Below are positions 9,012 to 18,479 of a stretch of DNA of 63,117 nt, in pieces. The position numbers and the translations under genes are program-made. The notes beneath the pieces were generated by a model. It was given only the letters and a program-made list of their open reading frames with translations, was not told the DNA's origin and did no database searches. Each line of letters starts with the position of its first letter. Position 1 is the first letter of the stretch. This DNA comes from Actinomycetota bacterium (GTDB lineage: Bacteria > Actinomycetota > Aquicultoria > UBA3085 > Oleimmundimicrobiaceae), in the NCBI GenBank assembly GCA_011046085.1, contig DSBK01000051.1:1-63117 (forward strand), read 5' to 3'.

Positions 9012-9079
9012 CTATAAAGTTTTTCTGTATGGTGTCGATATAAAATATGCATTGTTAAATCGTGCAAAGGGGTATATAG

Positions 9080-11041
9080 ATGAAAAAAGATAAGTTGCCT
9101 ATCATTTTAGGCATATTTTTTTCTTTGGCGATCATCACGTTTCTTATTTATATTAGAGAAGGTAAACCAACGTACTACTCTCATCTTTACTACATACCCA
9201 TAATAGTCGCTGCATTTTATTGCGGATTAAGGGTGAGCTTAATTGTAGCGATTCTGGCAAGTACACTCTACGTTCCTTTCAATCTGACTTTATTTTCTAA
9301 AATTTTCTCATCTGAAGTTGCTACTGAGGGTTTAATCGTGCGTTCAATTGTTTTTCTTACTGTTGCCTTGGTTTCAGGATTTTATACTGAAATTGAAAAG
9401 AAAAGAAAAGAAAAAGCGGAAGGTTGTTTGGATGATTATTTATTTTTTCAAAAAATCAGCGGTTCGATTTTATCAACCTTAGACTTAGAAAAACTTTTAG
9501 ATGAAATTTTGAAATTTTCTTGTGACATTATAAAAGGAACCGAAAGAGGACTCATTCTTTTCAAAGGCGATCAGGGAAATACTGTGAAGATCGGCTCGGT
9601 TTATGGATATTCTAAAGAGATGAAGGGGCGTGTGGTGGAATCCACAGATCCTCATATAAAATATCTTTTCCAATCAAAGGAAGCCAGTGTTTTCTTAGGC
9701 TCAAAAATAAATGAACACCGGCATTGTTTGTCTCAAATATTAGAAAATCCCGAGGACTCAAAATCGGCTTCAGTTATAGAAGCCCCCATAGTATTTGGCG
9801 GCTGCGTAAGAGGGGTAATAATCTTGCATAATATGTCATCTCATGATGCGTTCTCTCAAAAAGATGCAAATTTGCTTCAATCAGTTGTTGAACAGGTTGC
9901 AGTTTCTATCCAAAACGCTGAATTGTATAAAGGGACACAACAAAAAGCAGCGGAGTTTACTATTCTATATGAAGTGGGCAAAGCATTTGCTTCAACATTG
10001 GATTTGGAAAAATTGCTCAATTTTATGTTGGAATGTTGTTTAAATACAATGGAGGCCGATACGGGTTCGATCATGTTGCTGGACAAAAATACAAACACCT
10101 TAAAGATTAACGCAGCTAAAGGAATAAACAAAGAAACGAAAGGAGTAACTAGTTTAAAGCAAGGAGAGAGCGTTGCTGGTTGGGTTGCTATGAAGGGAGA
10201 GCCGTTGCTTTTGGGTGACCTTTCAAAGGATCCCCGTTTTAAACATCTTAAAGGCAGAGATGATATTTGCTCAGCTCTTTCGGTGCCACTTAAAATAAAG
10301 GATGATATTATAGGCGTAATAAATATCGGATCACGATCTCAACGGAAGTTTTCTTATGACGATCTTAGATTTCTTTCCACTCTTGCCACGCAAGCCGCTG
10401 TATCAATACATAATGCTCAACTCTTTGACCAGCTGGAAATATTTTATATGGAAACGGTTAAAGCGTTTGCGGAGACAATTGAAGCAAAAGATTCTTATAC
10501 AAGGGGTCATTCTGATAATGTAGCGAAATATTCAATAGAGATCGCCAAAAAAATGAAACTAACAGGAGAGGAAACAGGAGCCCTACATACGGCCGCGCTC
10601 TTACATGACATTGGAAAAATTGGAGTAAGAGAAGCAATTTTAAACAAATCTACAAATTTAAATGACGAGGAGTATGAGTTGGTTAAAAAACATCCGAGGA
10701 TAGCTACTCAAATCATCGGCAGCATTCCAAAACTAAAGGAAGTTGTGCCATTAATTCTTCATCACCACGAAAGGTATGATGGGAATGGTTATTTGGCTGG
10801 CCTTAAGGGAGAAAATATACCGTTTGGTTCCAGAATTTTAGCTGTTGCAGATTCTTTTGATGCGATGACTTCTAAGCGACCCTATCGCAAAGCCCTAAGT
10901 GTTGAAGAAGCAATTCAGGAATTATTAAAAAATTCAGGCAAACAATTTGACCCTGAAATTGTATCTGTGTTTGTGGGGTTAATTAGAGAAAAATTTAGAA
11001 ACACAAGGAATGTTAAGTATTTTGCCAGCGTACAATCTTAG
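9080..11041 (+). CDS. Membrane-anchored sensor HD-GYP phosphodiesterase (TM region, 2 GAF domains, HD-GYP)
   Basis: About 4 N-terminal TM helices, two GAF-like segments ending QVAVSIQNAELY and QAAVSIHNAQLF, and HD-GYP motifs YTRGHS, LHDIGK, HHERYDGNGY, DSFDAMTSKRPYR. Confidence 0.9.
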   Translation: MKKDKLPIILGIFFSLAIITFLIYIREGKPTYYSHLYYIPIIVAAFYCGLRVSLIVAILASTLYVPFNLTLFSKIFSSEVATEGLIVRSIVFLTVALVSGFYTEIEKKRKEKAEGCLDDYLFFQKISGSILSTLDLEKLLDEILKFSCDIIKGTERGLILFKGDQGNTVKIGSVYGYSKEMKGRVVESTDPHIKYLFQSKEASVFLGSKINEHRHCLSQILENPEDSKSASVIEAPIVFGGCVRGVIILHNMSSHDAFSQKDANLLQSVVEQVAVSIQNAELYKGTQQKAAEFTILYEVGKAFASTLDLEKLLNFMLECCLNTMEADTGSIMLLDKNTNTLKINAAKGINKETKGVTSLKQGESVAGWVAMKGEPLLLGDLSKDPRFKHLKGRDDICSALSVPLKIKDDIIGVINIGSRSQRKFSYDDLRFLSTLATQAAVSIHNAQLFDQLEIFYMETVKAFAETIEAKDSYTRGHSDNVAKYSIEIAKKMKLTGEETGALHTAALLHDIGKIGVREAILNKSTNLNDEEYELVKKHPRIATQIIGSIPKLKEVVPLILHHHERYDGNGYLAGLKGENIPFGSRILAVADSFDAMTSKRPYRKALSVEEAIQELLKNSGKQFDPEIVSVFVGLIREKFRNTRNVKYFASVQS

Positions 11042-11226
11042 ACTTTAGCTACTTTGTTGGATTTGACGCATCTGGTGCAAACATTGGTTCTTTTTGTTTT
11101 TCCGTCTACTACTACTCTTTTGTTTTGAATGTTTGCTTTCCAAGTCTTCAGTGTTTTCTTATGTGAGTGACTTACATTTTTCCCAAATTGCGGACCCTTC
11201 CCGCAGACTTCACATTTACTTGACAT
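11038..11226 (-). CDS. rpmB: 50S ribosomal protein L28
   Basis: KCEVCGKGPQFGKNVSHSH...WKAN...VCTRCVKS. Divergent from the Asp23-DAK2 pair, as is commonly conserved. Confidence 0.97.
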   Translation of the reverse strand: MSSKCEVCGKGPQFGKNVSHSHKKTLKTWKANIQNKRVVVDGKTKRTNVCTRCVKSNKVAKV

Positions 11227-11316
11227 ATAAAAACGCTCCTATTTCAATTTATCTTTTTTGCTTGACAAATGTTAACATTATGAAAGACCTTTTGCAAGGA
11301 GAACCTCATTTTTTTG

Positions 11317-11325
11317 TGTTATAAT
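11317..11325 (+). promoter_or_regulatory. Extended -10 promoter element for the Asp23-DAK2 operon
   Basis: TG-T-TATAAT about 40 nt upstream of the Asp23 start. Confidence 0.5.
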
Positions 11326-11365
11326 CCGCATAAGTTTTATGCATTTTTTACAACAGGAGGTTTAG

Positions 11366-11722
11366 ATGCCCAAAGATAAAGAAAGTGCTGGTAAAATTAA
11401 CGTTGCAAACGATGTCATAGCGGATCTGGCGGGATATGCCGCATTTGAAAGTTATGGCGTCGTTGGTATGGCTAGCCCCAACACCAAGGCTGGAGTTGCT
11501 CAGCTACTGACTCGGGATAAGCTAAAAAAGGGTATAAAGATAGATATTTTAGAAGATGGCACAGTTGAGGTTGGTTTGTATGTGATAATCGAGTATGGGA
11601 CAAATTTAAGCGAAGTTGTTCGAAATCTTGCTGGGCGTGTTAAACATGAAATCGAGAAATACGCTAGATTAAAAGTGAGCAATGTTGATGTGCACATTCA
11701 AGGGGTTAAGATAAGAAAATAA
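11366..11722 (+). CDS. Asp23/Gls24 family protein (YloU-like)
   Basis: ESYGVVGMA, VGLYVIIEYGTNL and VDVHIQGV motifs. Lies between rpmB and DAK2. Confidence 0.92.
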   Translation: MPKDKESAGKINVANDVIADLAGYAAFESYGVVGMASPNTKAGVAQLLTRDKLKKGIKIDILEDGTVEVGLYVIIEYGTNLSEVVRNLAGRVKHEIEKYARLKVSNVDVHIQGVKIRK

Positions 11723-11738
11723 TCTACGAAAAGAGTTA

Positions 11739-13331
11739 TTGTTTATGCTTAAGCTTACAGCAAAAGACCTCCCTAATCTAATAAAAGCCGCTTTGGATGC
11801 TCTTAAAAAACACCAAGAAGAGATAGACATGCTTAATGTTTACCCAGTTCCCGATGGAGATACGGGAACAAATATGGTTTTAACCATGAAAGCTGTTGAT
11901 GATGAGTTAAGAAAATCTAAATCCGATACCTTGGAAGACGTTTGCAAGGCGCTTGTACACGGTTCGCTTATGGGTGGTCGCGGTAATTCGGGTGTAATAC
12001 TTTCTCAAATAATTAAAGGTATCTGTGAGGTTTTGTCTTCGAAAGAGTTCATAACATCTACGTATCTTAAAGAAGCTCTTGAGAATGGTGCGCGGGTTGC
12101 TTATAGGGCCATCAGAAAACCCGTAGAAGGAACGATGCTTACCGTCATCAAGGATGCGGCGGCGGCATCAAATAATTTTGATAAAGAAACCGAACTGGAT
12201 GTATTTTTAGAGTATATATTAAACGAGGCAAAGAAGTCCGTTATACGAACACCGGAGCTATTGCCAGTTCTAAAAGAAGCGGGAGTGGTGGATGCGGGCG
12301 GCTGGGGTTTAGCTATTATGATGAGCGGAGCATTATCTTTCATGAGAGGTGAAGTTGAAAGCGAGGAATTGAACGATTACAATGCACCTGTTTTGCAACT
12401 TGCCGAAGATATTTCATTAGAATATCGGTACTGTACTGAATTTATTTTAATAAGCGACGGTATTGATATATCGAAATTTGAAGAACAGCTTGACTCCCTT
12501 GGTGACTCCATTTTGGTTGTGGGTTCAGAAACCCTTACTCATGTTCACATACACACCAATGAGCCAGGCAAAGTGCTGGAAATGGCCACCGATAGGGGCT
12601 CTATATCCGAGATTAAAATTAATAATATGCAAAATGAAAGCGAACAAAAGGTAAGGCAACTGGCTCAGGATATAGGTGGAATCGGTCTTGTCGCAGTTGC
12701 TAATGGCGCTGGAATTAAGAAGATACTTGTAAGCTTGGGTGTTCAAGGGATTGTAAATGGTGGTCAAACAATGAACCCAAGCGCTTCCGATATTCTAAAG
12801 ATAGTTGAGGATACGGGTGCATCAAAAACGATCATTCTTCCCAATAATAAGAATATAATTTTGGCTGCTCAGCGGGTGAGAGAACTGACAGATAAGGAAG
12901 TCGGTGTCGTGCCAACCAAGTCGATTCCTGAGACGTTTGCAGCCCTTTTGGCTTACAATGAGGATGAATCTTTTCTCTCAAATATTGAAAATATGACGGA
13001 CTCTCTGTCTAGCGTGAAAACTGGTGAGATTACTAAAGCTGTTAGAGATTCCGAGACCCCGATTGGCAAGATAAAAAAGGGTGATTTTATCGGACTTATC
13101 AATTATAAGATTGGTGTTTCTGGAAAATCATTTATTAAAACAGCCGCCGATTTATTAAATAAAATGATTGGCGATGAAACCGAAGTTGTGACTCTTTTAT
13201 CTGGCGAAGAAGTTGATGAAAAGGATTTAGACGAATTGCAGAAAATTATTGAAAAAAATTATCCTGGTGTTGAGGTAGAAGTTCATGAGGGAGGACAAGC
13301 TCTTTACCCCCTAATCATTGGGGTCGAATAA
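11739..13331 (+). CDS. fakA: DAK2-domain fatty acid kinase catalytic subunit (FakA/YloV)
   Basis: LNVYPVPDGDTGTNM, RGNSGVILSQ, PVEGTMLTV, VVDAGG, YCTEF, HVHIHT and GGQTMNPS motifs. Confidence 0.93.
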   Translation: MFMLKLTAKDLPNLIKAALDALKKHQEEIDMLNVYPVPDGDTGTNMVLTMKAVDDELRKSKSDTLEDVCKALVHGSLMGGRGNSGVILSQIIKGICEVLSSKEFITSTYLKEALENGARVAYRAIRKPVEGTMLTVIKDAAAASNNFDKETELDVFLEYILNEAKKSVIRTPELLPVLKEAGVVDAGGWGLAIMMSGALSFMRGEVESEELNDYNAPVLQLAEDISLEYRYCTEFILISDGIDISKFEEQLDSLGDSILVVGSETLTHVHIHTNEPGKVLEMATDRGSISEIKINNMQNESEQKVRQLAQDIGGIGLVAVANGAGIKKILVSLGVQGIVNGGQTMNPSASDILKIVEDTGASKTIILPNNKNIILAAQRVRELTDKEVGVVPTKSIPETFAALLAYNEDESFLSNIENMTDSLSSVKTGEITKAVRDSETPIGKIKKGDFIGLINYKIGVSGKSFIKTAADLLNKMIGDETEVVTLLSGEEVDEKDLDELQKIIEKNYPGVEVEVHEGGQALYPLIIGVE

Positions 13332-13360
13332 AATGACATACGGCAAATAGCTGATGCATG

Positions 13361-13375
13361 CCCGCCTCTGGCGGG
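13361..13375. repeat. GC-rich palindrome CCCGCC-TCT-GGCGGG (REP-like)
   Basis: Perfect 6-bp inverted repeat in an AT-rich intergenic region. Near-copies lie inside the TPP (4383-4395) and FMN (56516-56528) aptamers. Confidence 0.55.
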
Positions 13376-13643
13376 GCTTATAGCACATATAAGGGTAATG
13401 TGTAAAGAAAGGGGAAGGTCATTGCGAGTGGAGCGTGGCAATCTCTGGTTAAAATATAGTGGTATATTAATTGGCTGATGGTCGAAAGGGAGAAGTTTAA
13501 AATTAAAGGTGAAAAATTTTGGGTAGAAGGTATGGGGCATGGAAATCAGCAAACTAATAAATTATCTTAACCGCTCGGAGTTTTAAATTAAGAACAAATA
13601 ATGGCTAAAAACTGATAATCAAAGTGTAAGTGGAGGTAAAAAG

Positions 13644-14489
13644 ATGGAAAAAGTTGCAATTGTGACCGATAGTACCGCTGATTTTGAACTATCTTATTAC
13701 GAAAAGCATGATGTTAGCATGGTTCCTTTAACTGTTCGCTTCGAAAATGAAATGTTCAAAGACTGGATCGATATTAAACCAAAAGAGTTTTATCAAAAAC
13801 TGATGGCTTCCAATGTTCTTTCCAAGACTTCGCAGCCGACCGTTGCTGAATTCGAAGAAGTTTATAAAAGGCTTTCTGAGAAATGTTCTCATATAATTTC
13901 GATACATCTTTCATCAAAATTGAGCGGTACTATTCAATCAGCTCAGATAGCCAGTGAAAATGTTGATATTCCCGTAACCATAATTGATGGCAAGTTAGCT
14001 TCTTTGGCAACAGGTGTTCTGGTAGATTTAGCCGTTAAGGCACGCGATGAGGGGAAAACGGCTAAGGAGATTATTCAGGTTGTGGAAAAAGCGAGTGAAA
14101 AGACAAAGATTTTATTTATTGTAGATACTTTAAAGTATCTACAATTAGGTGGCCGCATAGGGAAGGCACAGGCCTTGGTCGGAAGCTTGTTAAATGTTAA
14201 ACCAATTCTTACCCTTGAGGATGGAGTGGTGGCCCCATTAAAAAAAGTTAAAGGAACCAAGAAAGCTATTCAAGAAATTGTTTCCATCGTTAAGAAAAAC
14301 ATAAATCAGAGCAGGCCCTATTATTTGGTTCTCGCGCATGGCAATGCACCCGACAATCTTTCATATTTAAAAATAGTTTTTGCAGAAGCGGAACTTAAGC
14401 CGACATGGTTGGTTGAGGGAGAAATTGGTTCTGTGATTGGAACTTATACCGGGCCCGGAGCCATGGCAGTGGTTTATTATCAGGAATAA
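13644..14489 (+). CDS. DegV family fatty-acid-binding protein (FakB-like)
   Basis: IVTDSTAD, KTSQP, SSKLSGT, YLQLGGRIG and IGTYTGPG motifs. Confidence 0.95.
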   Translation: MEKVAIVTDSTADFELSYYEKHDVSMVPLTVRFENEMFKDWIDIKPKEFYQKLMASNVLSKTSQPTVAEFEEVYKRLSEKCSHIISIHLSSKLSGTIQSAQIASENVDIPVTIIDGKLASLATGVLVDLAVKARDEGKTAKEIIQVVEKASEKTKILFIVDTLKYLQLGGRIGKAQALVGSLLNVKPILTLEDGVVAPLKKVKGTKKAIQEIVSIVKKNINQSRPYYLVLAHGNAPDNLSYLKIVFAEAELKPTWLVEGEIGSVIGTYTGPGAMAVVYYQE

Positions 14490-14494
14490 TCTTT

Positions 14495-16792
14495 ATGGTT
14501 GACGAGAAAAGAGCAATTGAGCTTGAAAAAAAACTAGGGATGAACAACATCTCGGTAATAGGTGGTTTTGCGGAATATCTTCAGAGCATAAATTACGATT
14601 TTGTTTGTTCAAGCTCTTATTCAGCCAACGAAGAAGCTAATATCTCAAAGCGTTTCGACAGCCTTCCAAAATTTGATTCTATAAAGATCGACGCTTTTCT
14701 CGATCAGCCAATCGAATCGGCAAAACACGTTGGAAGCATTATGGGTAAGCGATTTAGGCGGTTGGGAATAGATACATTTGAGAATCTTCTCTACCATTTT
14801 CCTCATCGATATTTGAATTTTGCTGAGATAAAAAAGATATCTCAGATTAAGGAAGGTGAGGAGGTTACTGTATTTGGCAAAGTTGTGGATATAAAAAAAT
14901 ATAAGGGTCAAAAGGGAACAAGGGTTTTAAGTGTGGGAATTTTTGATGACACGGGTTACCTTTACGGGACTTGGTTTAATCAGGATTATGTTGTCAAAAA
15001 ATTAAGAGAAGGAATGCAAGTTGCTTTCAGCGGTAAAGTTACTTATAAGTATGGGCTGATACAAATTCAAAATCCATTGTACGATATTTTAAATGAACCA
15101 GATTCTTCTGTCGGTGAAGATGGTTGGCAAAAAGGAGTCCATACTGGCCGGATAATTCCGATACATCCAGCAACTCAAGATTTATCACCCACCTTGATTA
15201 GAAAGGTAATTAAAAACTTGCTAGATAAATTTATAAATATTTCCGATTATATGCCCATCGAAATGAGAAAAAAATTAAAGATCCCCAGTTTGTGTTTTAG
15301 TTTGAAAGAAATACATTTTCCCTCAACGAAAAATACTTTAAATTTAGCCAGGAAGCGGTTGCTTTTTGATGAACTCTTTTTAATGCAGTTGGCTTTAGCT
15401 TTTAAAAAGAAGAGGTTTGAACAAAGCGCAACAGGGATAAAGCATATCATCAGAAAAGAAGAGATCGCTTCTTTTCTCAATCTGCTTCCCTTTAAATTAA
15501 CCAAAGACCAAATAAGGGCAATTGAGGAAATCTGCAAGGATATGGTCAGCCCGCTACCCATGAATCGTTTATTACAGGGTGAGGTTGGTTCGGGAAAAAC
15601 TATTGTAGCTTTAGCAGCATTATTTGCAAGTGTAAAAAGTGGTTATCAGGGTGCGATTATGGCGCCAACGGAGGTTCTTGCAAATCAGCACTTTTGTAAG
15701 ATAAAAGAAATTTTGGATAAGCTTAAAATGGTCTCTGTAAATTTAACTGGCAGCTTGACTTCTAAGAGAAAAAAAGAACTTCAAGATGAAATAAAAAAGG
15801 GAAATATTGATGTTGTCGTCGGCACTCATGCATTAATCCAAGAAGGGGTTGAGTTTAATAATTTGGGATTGGTTGTTGTTGATGAACAGCATCGTTTTGG
15901 AGTTGAGCAAAGGGTAAGGTTGAAGGAGAAGGGTGTTTGTCCAGATTTTTTAATAATGACTGCAACTCCTATACCGAGAACGTTATCTCTAACCTTATAT
16001 GGCGATCTTGATGTGTCAGTAATAAAAGAACGACCAGGAGGGCGGGATTTGTCTGATTATGTTGAAACCTTTGTTTGCGATAATCGGCATCGAAAGAGAG
16101 CATATGAAAAAATTAGAGACGAAATAAAAAATGGAAGGCAAGCCTATGTTGTATGTCCTTTGATTGAAGAGTCGGATAAGCTTGAAGCAAAGGCCGTTAT
16201 GGATGAAGTCGTGCGTTTAAAAAAAGAAATATTTCCCGACTTTGCGGTGGAGGTTATTCATGGGAAAATCAAGACCGCAAACAAGGAAGAGATAATGAAA
16301 GATTTTCGCGCGGGTAAAATTGACATACTAATCTCAACAACCGTGATTGAAGTTGGTATCGATGTTCCCAACGCTTCAGTTATGCTGATCGAAAATGCAG
16401 ATCGATTTGGTCTTTCACAACTTCATCAACTGAGAGGCAGGATAGGTCGCGGAGAACATAAGTCTTATTGCATACTCTTTGCCGACCTTTCTACCGATGA
16501 ATCCAGGGCAAGAATGAAGGCAATAAAAAATATACAAGATGGTTTTAAACTGGCGGAGGCCGATTTACAAATAAGGGGAGAAGGACAACTTTTTGGTACT
16601 CGTCAGTCGGGGCTTCCCGATCTTATGCTTGCCAAATTGACGAGGGATATAGATGTTCTTATTCAAGCCAGAGAAGAAGCTTTCGCTATAATCGAGAAAG
16701 ATCCCGAACTCGCATTATCGATTCACAAACCACTAATGAGGGCAGTTAAAAGAAAATTTTCCAAAAACCTAGATTGGTTATTTTTTAGTTAG
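14495..16792 (+). CDS. recG: ATP-dependent DNA helicase RecG
   Basis: LLQGEVGSGKT, MAPTEVLANQH, DEQHRFGVEQR, MTATPIPRTL and QLHQLRGRIGRG motifs. Confidence 0.97.
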   Translation: MVDEKRAIELEKKLGMNNISVIGGFAEYLQSINYDFVCSSSYSANEEANISKRFDSLPKFDSIKIDAFLDQPIESAKHVGSIMGKRFRRLGIDTFENLLYHFPHRYLNFAEIKKISQIKEGEEVTVFGKVVDIKKYKGQKGTRVLSVGIFDDTGYLYGTWFNQDYVVKKLREGMQVAFSGKVTYKYGLIQIQNPLYDILNEPDSSVGEDGWQKGVHTGRIIPIHPATQDLSPTLIRKVIKNLLDKFINISDYMPIEMRKKLKIPSLCFSLKEIHFPSTKNTLNLARKRLLFDELFLMQLALAFKKKRFEQSATGIKHIIRKEEIASFLNLLPFKLTKDQIRAIEEICKDMVSPLPMNRLLQGEVGSGKTIVALAALFASVKSGYQGAIMAPTEVLANQHFCKIKEILDKLKMVSVNLTGSLTSKRKKELQDEIKKGNIDVVVGTHALIQEGVEFNNLGLVVVDEQHRFGVEQRVRLKEKGVCPDFLIMTATPIPRTLSLTLYGDLDVSVIKERPGGRDLSDYVETFVCDNRHRKRAYEKIRDEIKNGRQAYVVCPLIEESDKLEAKAVMDEVVRLKKEIFPDFAVEVIHGKIKTANKEEIMKDFRAGKIDILISTTVIEVGIDVPNASVMLIENADRFGLSQLHQLRGRIGRGEHKSYCILFADLSTDESRARMKAIKNIQDGFKLAEADLQIRGEGQLFGTRQSGLPDLMLAKLTRDIDVLIQAREEAFAIIEKDPELALSIHKPLMRAVKRKFSKNLDWLFFS

Positions 16793-16843
16793 CCAAAGAT
16801 TAAATTTTAATTTAGTAGTTTTTATAAAATTGAGGCCAAAAAA

Positions 16844-17401
16844 ATGCGCGTTATCGCTGGTGTTGCTAAAGGGCATAAGTTAATATCGCCGAAAGGGTTG
16901 GGAACAAGGCCAACCTCTGACAGAGCAAAAGAGTCAATTTTTAATATAATTGCAGATAAAATTCCTGAAGCAAAAGTTCTTGATTTGTTTGCTGGTTCAG
17001 GAGCTTTCGGGATTGAGGCTTTAAGTAGGGGTGCCCAAACGGCTGTATTTGTTGAAAACAATCAAATAGCGATCGATATAATTTATAAAAATCTTGCTAA
17101 GACTTCTTTGGATAAGAGAGCAGTTGTATTAAAAAAATCGGCGCATAACTTTTTTGTAAATTATACCGACAAGAATGGGCAATATGATTTGATTTTTTTT
17201 GATCCCCCTTATAAAATAAATTACGGTGTGCTAGACTCCTTACTTAAAGAACTTGTGGCAAGAAGAGTATTAAGCGATAATGGTTTGGTAATTTTGGAGC
17301 ACTCATCAAAAGTGTCTCCCGTGGCAATTGAAGTAAATTTAAATTTGAAGTTTACTCGTATATATGGGGATACAAGCGTAAGTTTTTTTGAATTAGTTTG
17401 A
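16844..17401 (+). CDS. rsmD: 16S rRNA m2G966 methyltransferase
   Basis: MRVIAG, TRPTSDRAKESIFN, LDLFAGSG and DPPY motifs. Confidence 0.95.
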   Translation: MRVIAGVAKGHKLISPKGLGTRPTSDRAKESIFNIIADKIPEAKVLDLFAGSGAFGIEALSRGAQTAVFVENNQIAIDIIYKNLAKTSLDKRAVVLKKSAHNFFVNYTDKNGQYDLIFFDPPYKINYGVLDSLLKELVARRVLSDNGLVILEHSSKVSPVAIEVNLNLKFTRIYGDTSVSFFELV

Positions 17402-17411
17402 AGGGAAAATA

Positions 17412-17915
17412 ATGCAGATAGCTGTTTGTCCTGGTAGCTTTGATCCGGTAACCAACGGACATCTTGATATAATTGGAAGAGCGGCACGTTTGTTTGATAA
17501 AGTTGTTGTGGGAGTTTTTGAAAGTATGGACAAAAAACCACTTTTTTCGTTAGAAGAAAGGGTAAAATATATTCAGTTGGCAGTTGAGAAGGATTTAAAA
17601 CTAGATAATGTTGAGGTTGAGTCGTTTGAAACGCTTCTGGTTGAATTTGCGCAAAAACACGGGGCCTCGGCAATAATCAAAGGGTTAAGGGCAGTTTCAG
17701 ATTTTGAGCACGAGTTCCAAATGACTCAGTTTAATCAAAAATTGGATCCAAGTATTGAAACGGTGTTTATGATAGCAAACACACAGTATGGGTATCTAAG
17801 TTCAAGCGCAGTAAAAGAAATTGCAATGTTTGGCGGATGCGTGGAAGGACTCGTTACTTCAGAGGTTAGAGAAGGTTTGAGAAAAGTTTTCCAAGCCAAA
17901 AAAGGAGGACATTAA
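17412..17915 (+). CDS. coaD: Pantetheine-phosphate adenylyltransferase
   Basis: PGSFDPVTNGHLDII, KGLRAVSDFEHE and SSSAVKE motifs. Confidence 0.97.
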   Translation: MQIAVCPGSFDPVTNGHLDIIGRAARLFDKVVVGVFESMDKKPLFSLEERVKYIQLAVEKDLKLDNVEVESFETLLVEFAQKHGASAIIKGLRAVSDFEHEFQMTQFNQKLDPSIETVFMIANTQYGYLSSSAVKEIAMFGGCVEGLVTSEVREGLRKVFQAKKGGH

Positions 17916-17919
17916 GTAG

Positions 17920-18378
17920 ATGGATATAATGACATTAGTTGATAAATTTGAAGATGTTATTGCTACAGCAAAGAGAGTTCCTTTTGGTAATACAATAATG
18001 TTAAGTGAGCAAAAATTATATGATATTATCGATGAAATGCGCTCTGCCTTACCTGACGAATTAAAGCAAGCTCGTTGGATTGTAAAAGAAAGGCAAGAGA
18101 TGTTAAATGAAGCCGAAAAAGAGGCAAATAGAATTATTGAAGAAGCTCGCGAAAATGCTAGCGCGATTGCTTCCGAACAAGAAATCGTTAAAATGGCCGA
18201 ATCTCAAGCAAGCGAGATTGTTGCCAATGCAAAAGAAAAAGAAAGGGAGATTCGTTTGGGAGCCGAAGATTATGCAGATGAAATGCTTGCCAATTTGGAA
18301 GTTAATCTTGGTAAATTACTTTCCGCAGTTCAAAGAGGCAGGGATCGATTACAAGGGAAAATACAGCCCAAATCTTAA
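17920..18378 (+). CDS. DivIVA/SepIVA-like coiled-coil protein
   Basis: Acidic coiled coil (LPDELKQARWIVKERQEML...GAEDYADEML) at the conserved coaD-X-DUF177-rpmF position. Confidence 0.7.
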   Translation: MDIMTLVDKFEDVIATAKRVPFGNTIMLSEQKLYDIIDEMRSALPDELKQARWIVKERQEMLNEAEKEANRIIEEARENASAIASEQEIVKMAESQASEIVANAKEKEREIRLGAEDYADEMLANLEVNLGKLLSAVQRGRDRLQGKIQPKS

Positions 18379-18479
18379 ATTTTATTGACCGGCTAATGAG
18401 ACAAAAGTTCTTGTAATAGAAATTTGCAAGAACTTTTTTTATGTATAGCTTGTTTATGTTAAAATAACAAAGTTTTATT

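Noticed and set aside
13304-13552. Minus-strand 82-aa ORF in the fakA-degV gap
   Set aside because: No RBS or motif, and it runs across repeat-like relics. Probably spurious.
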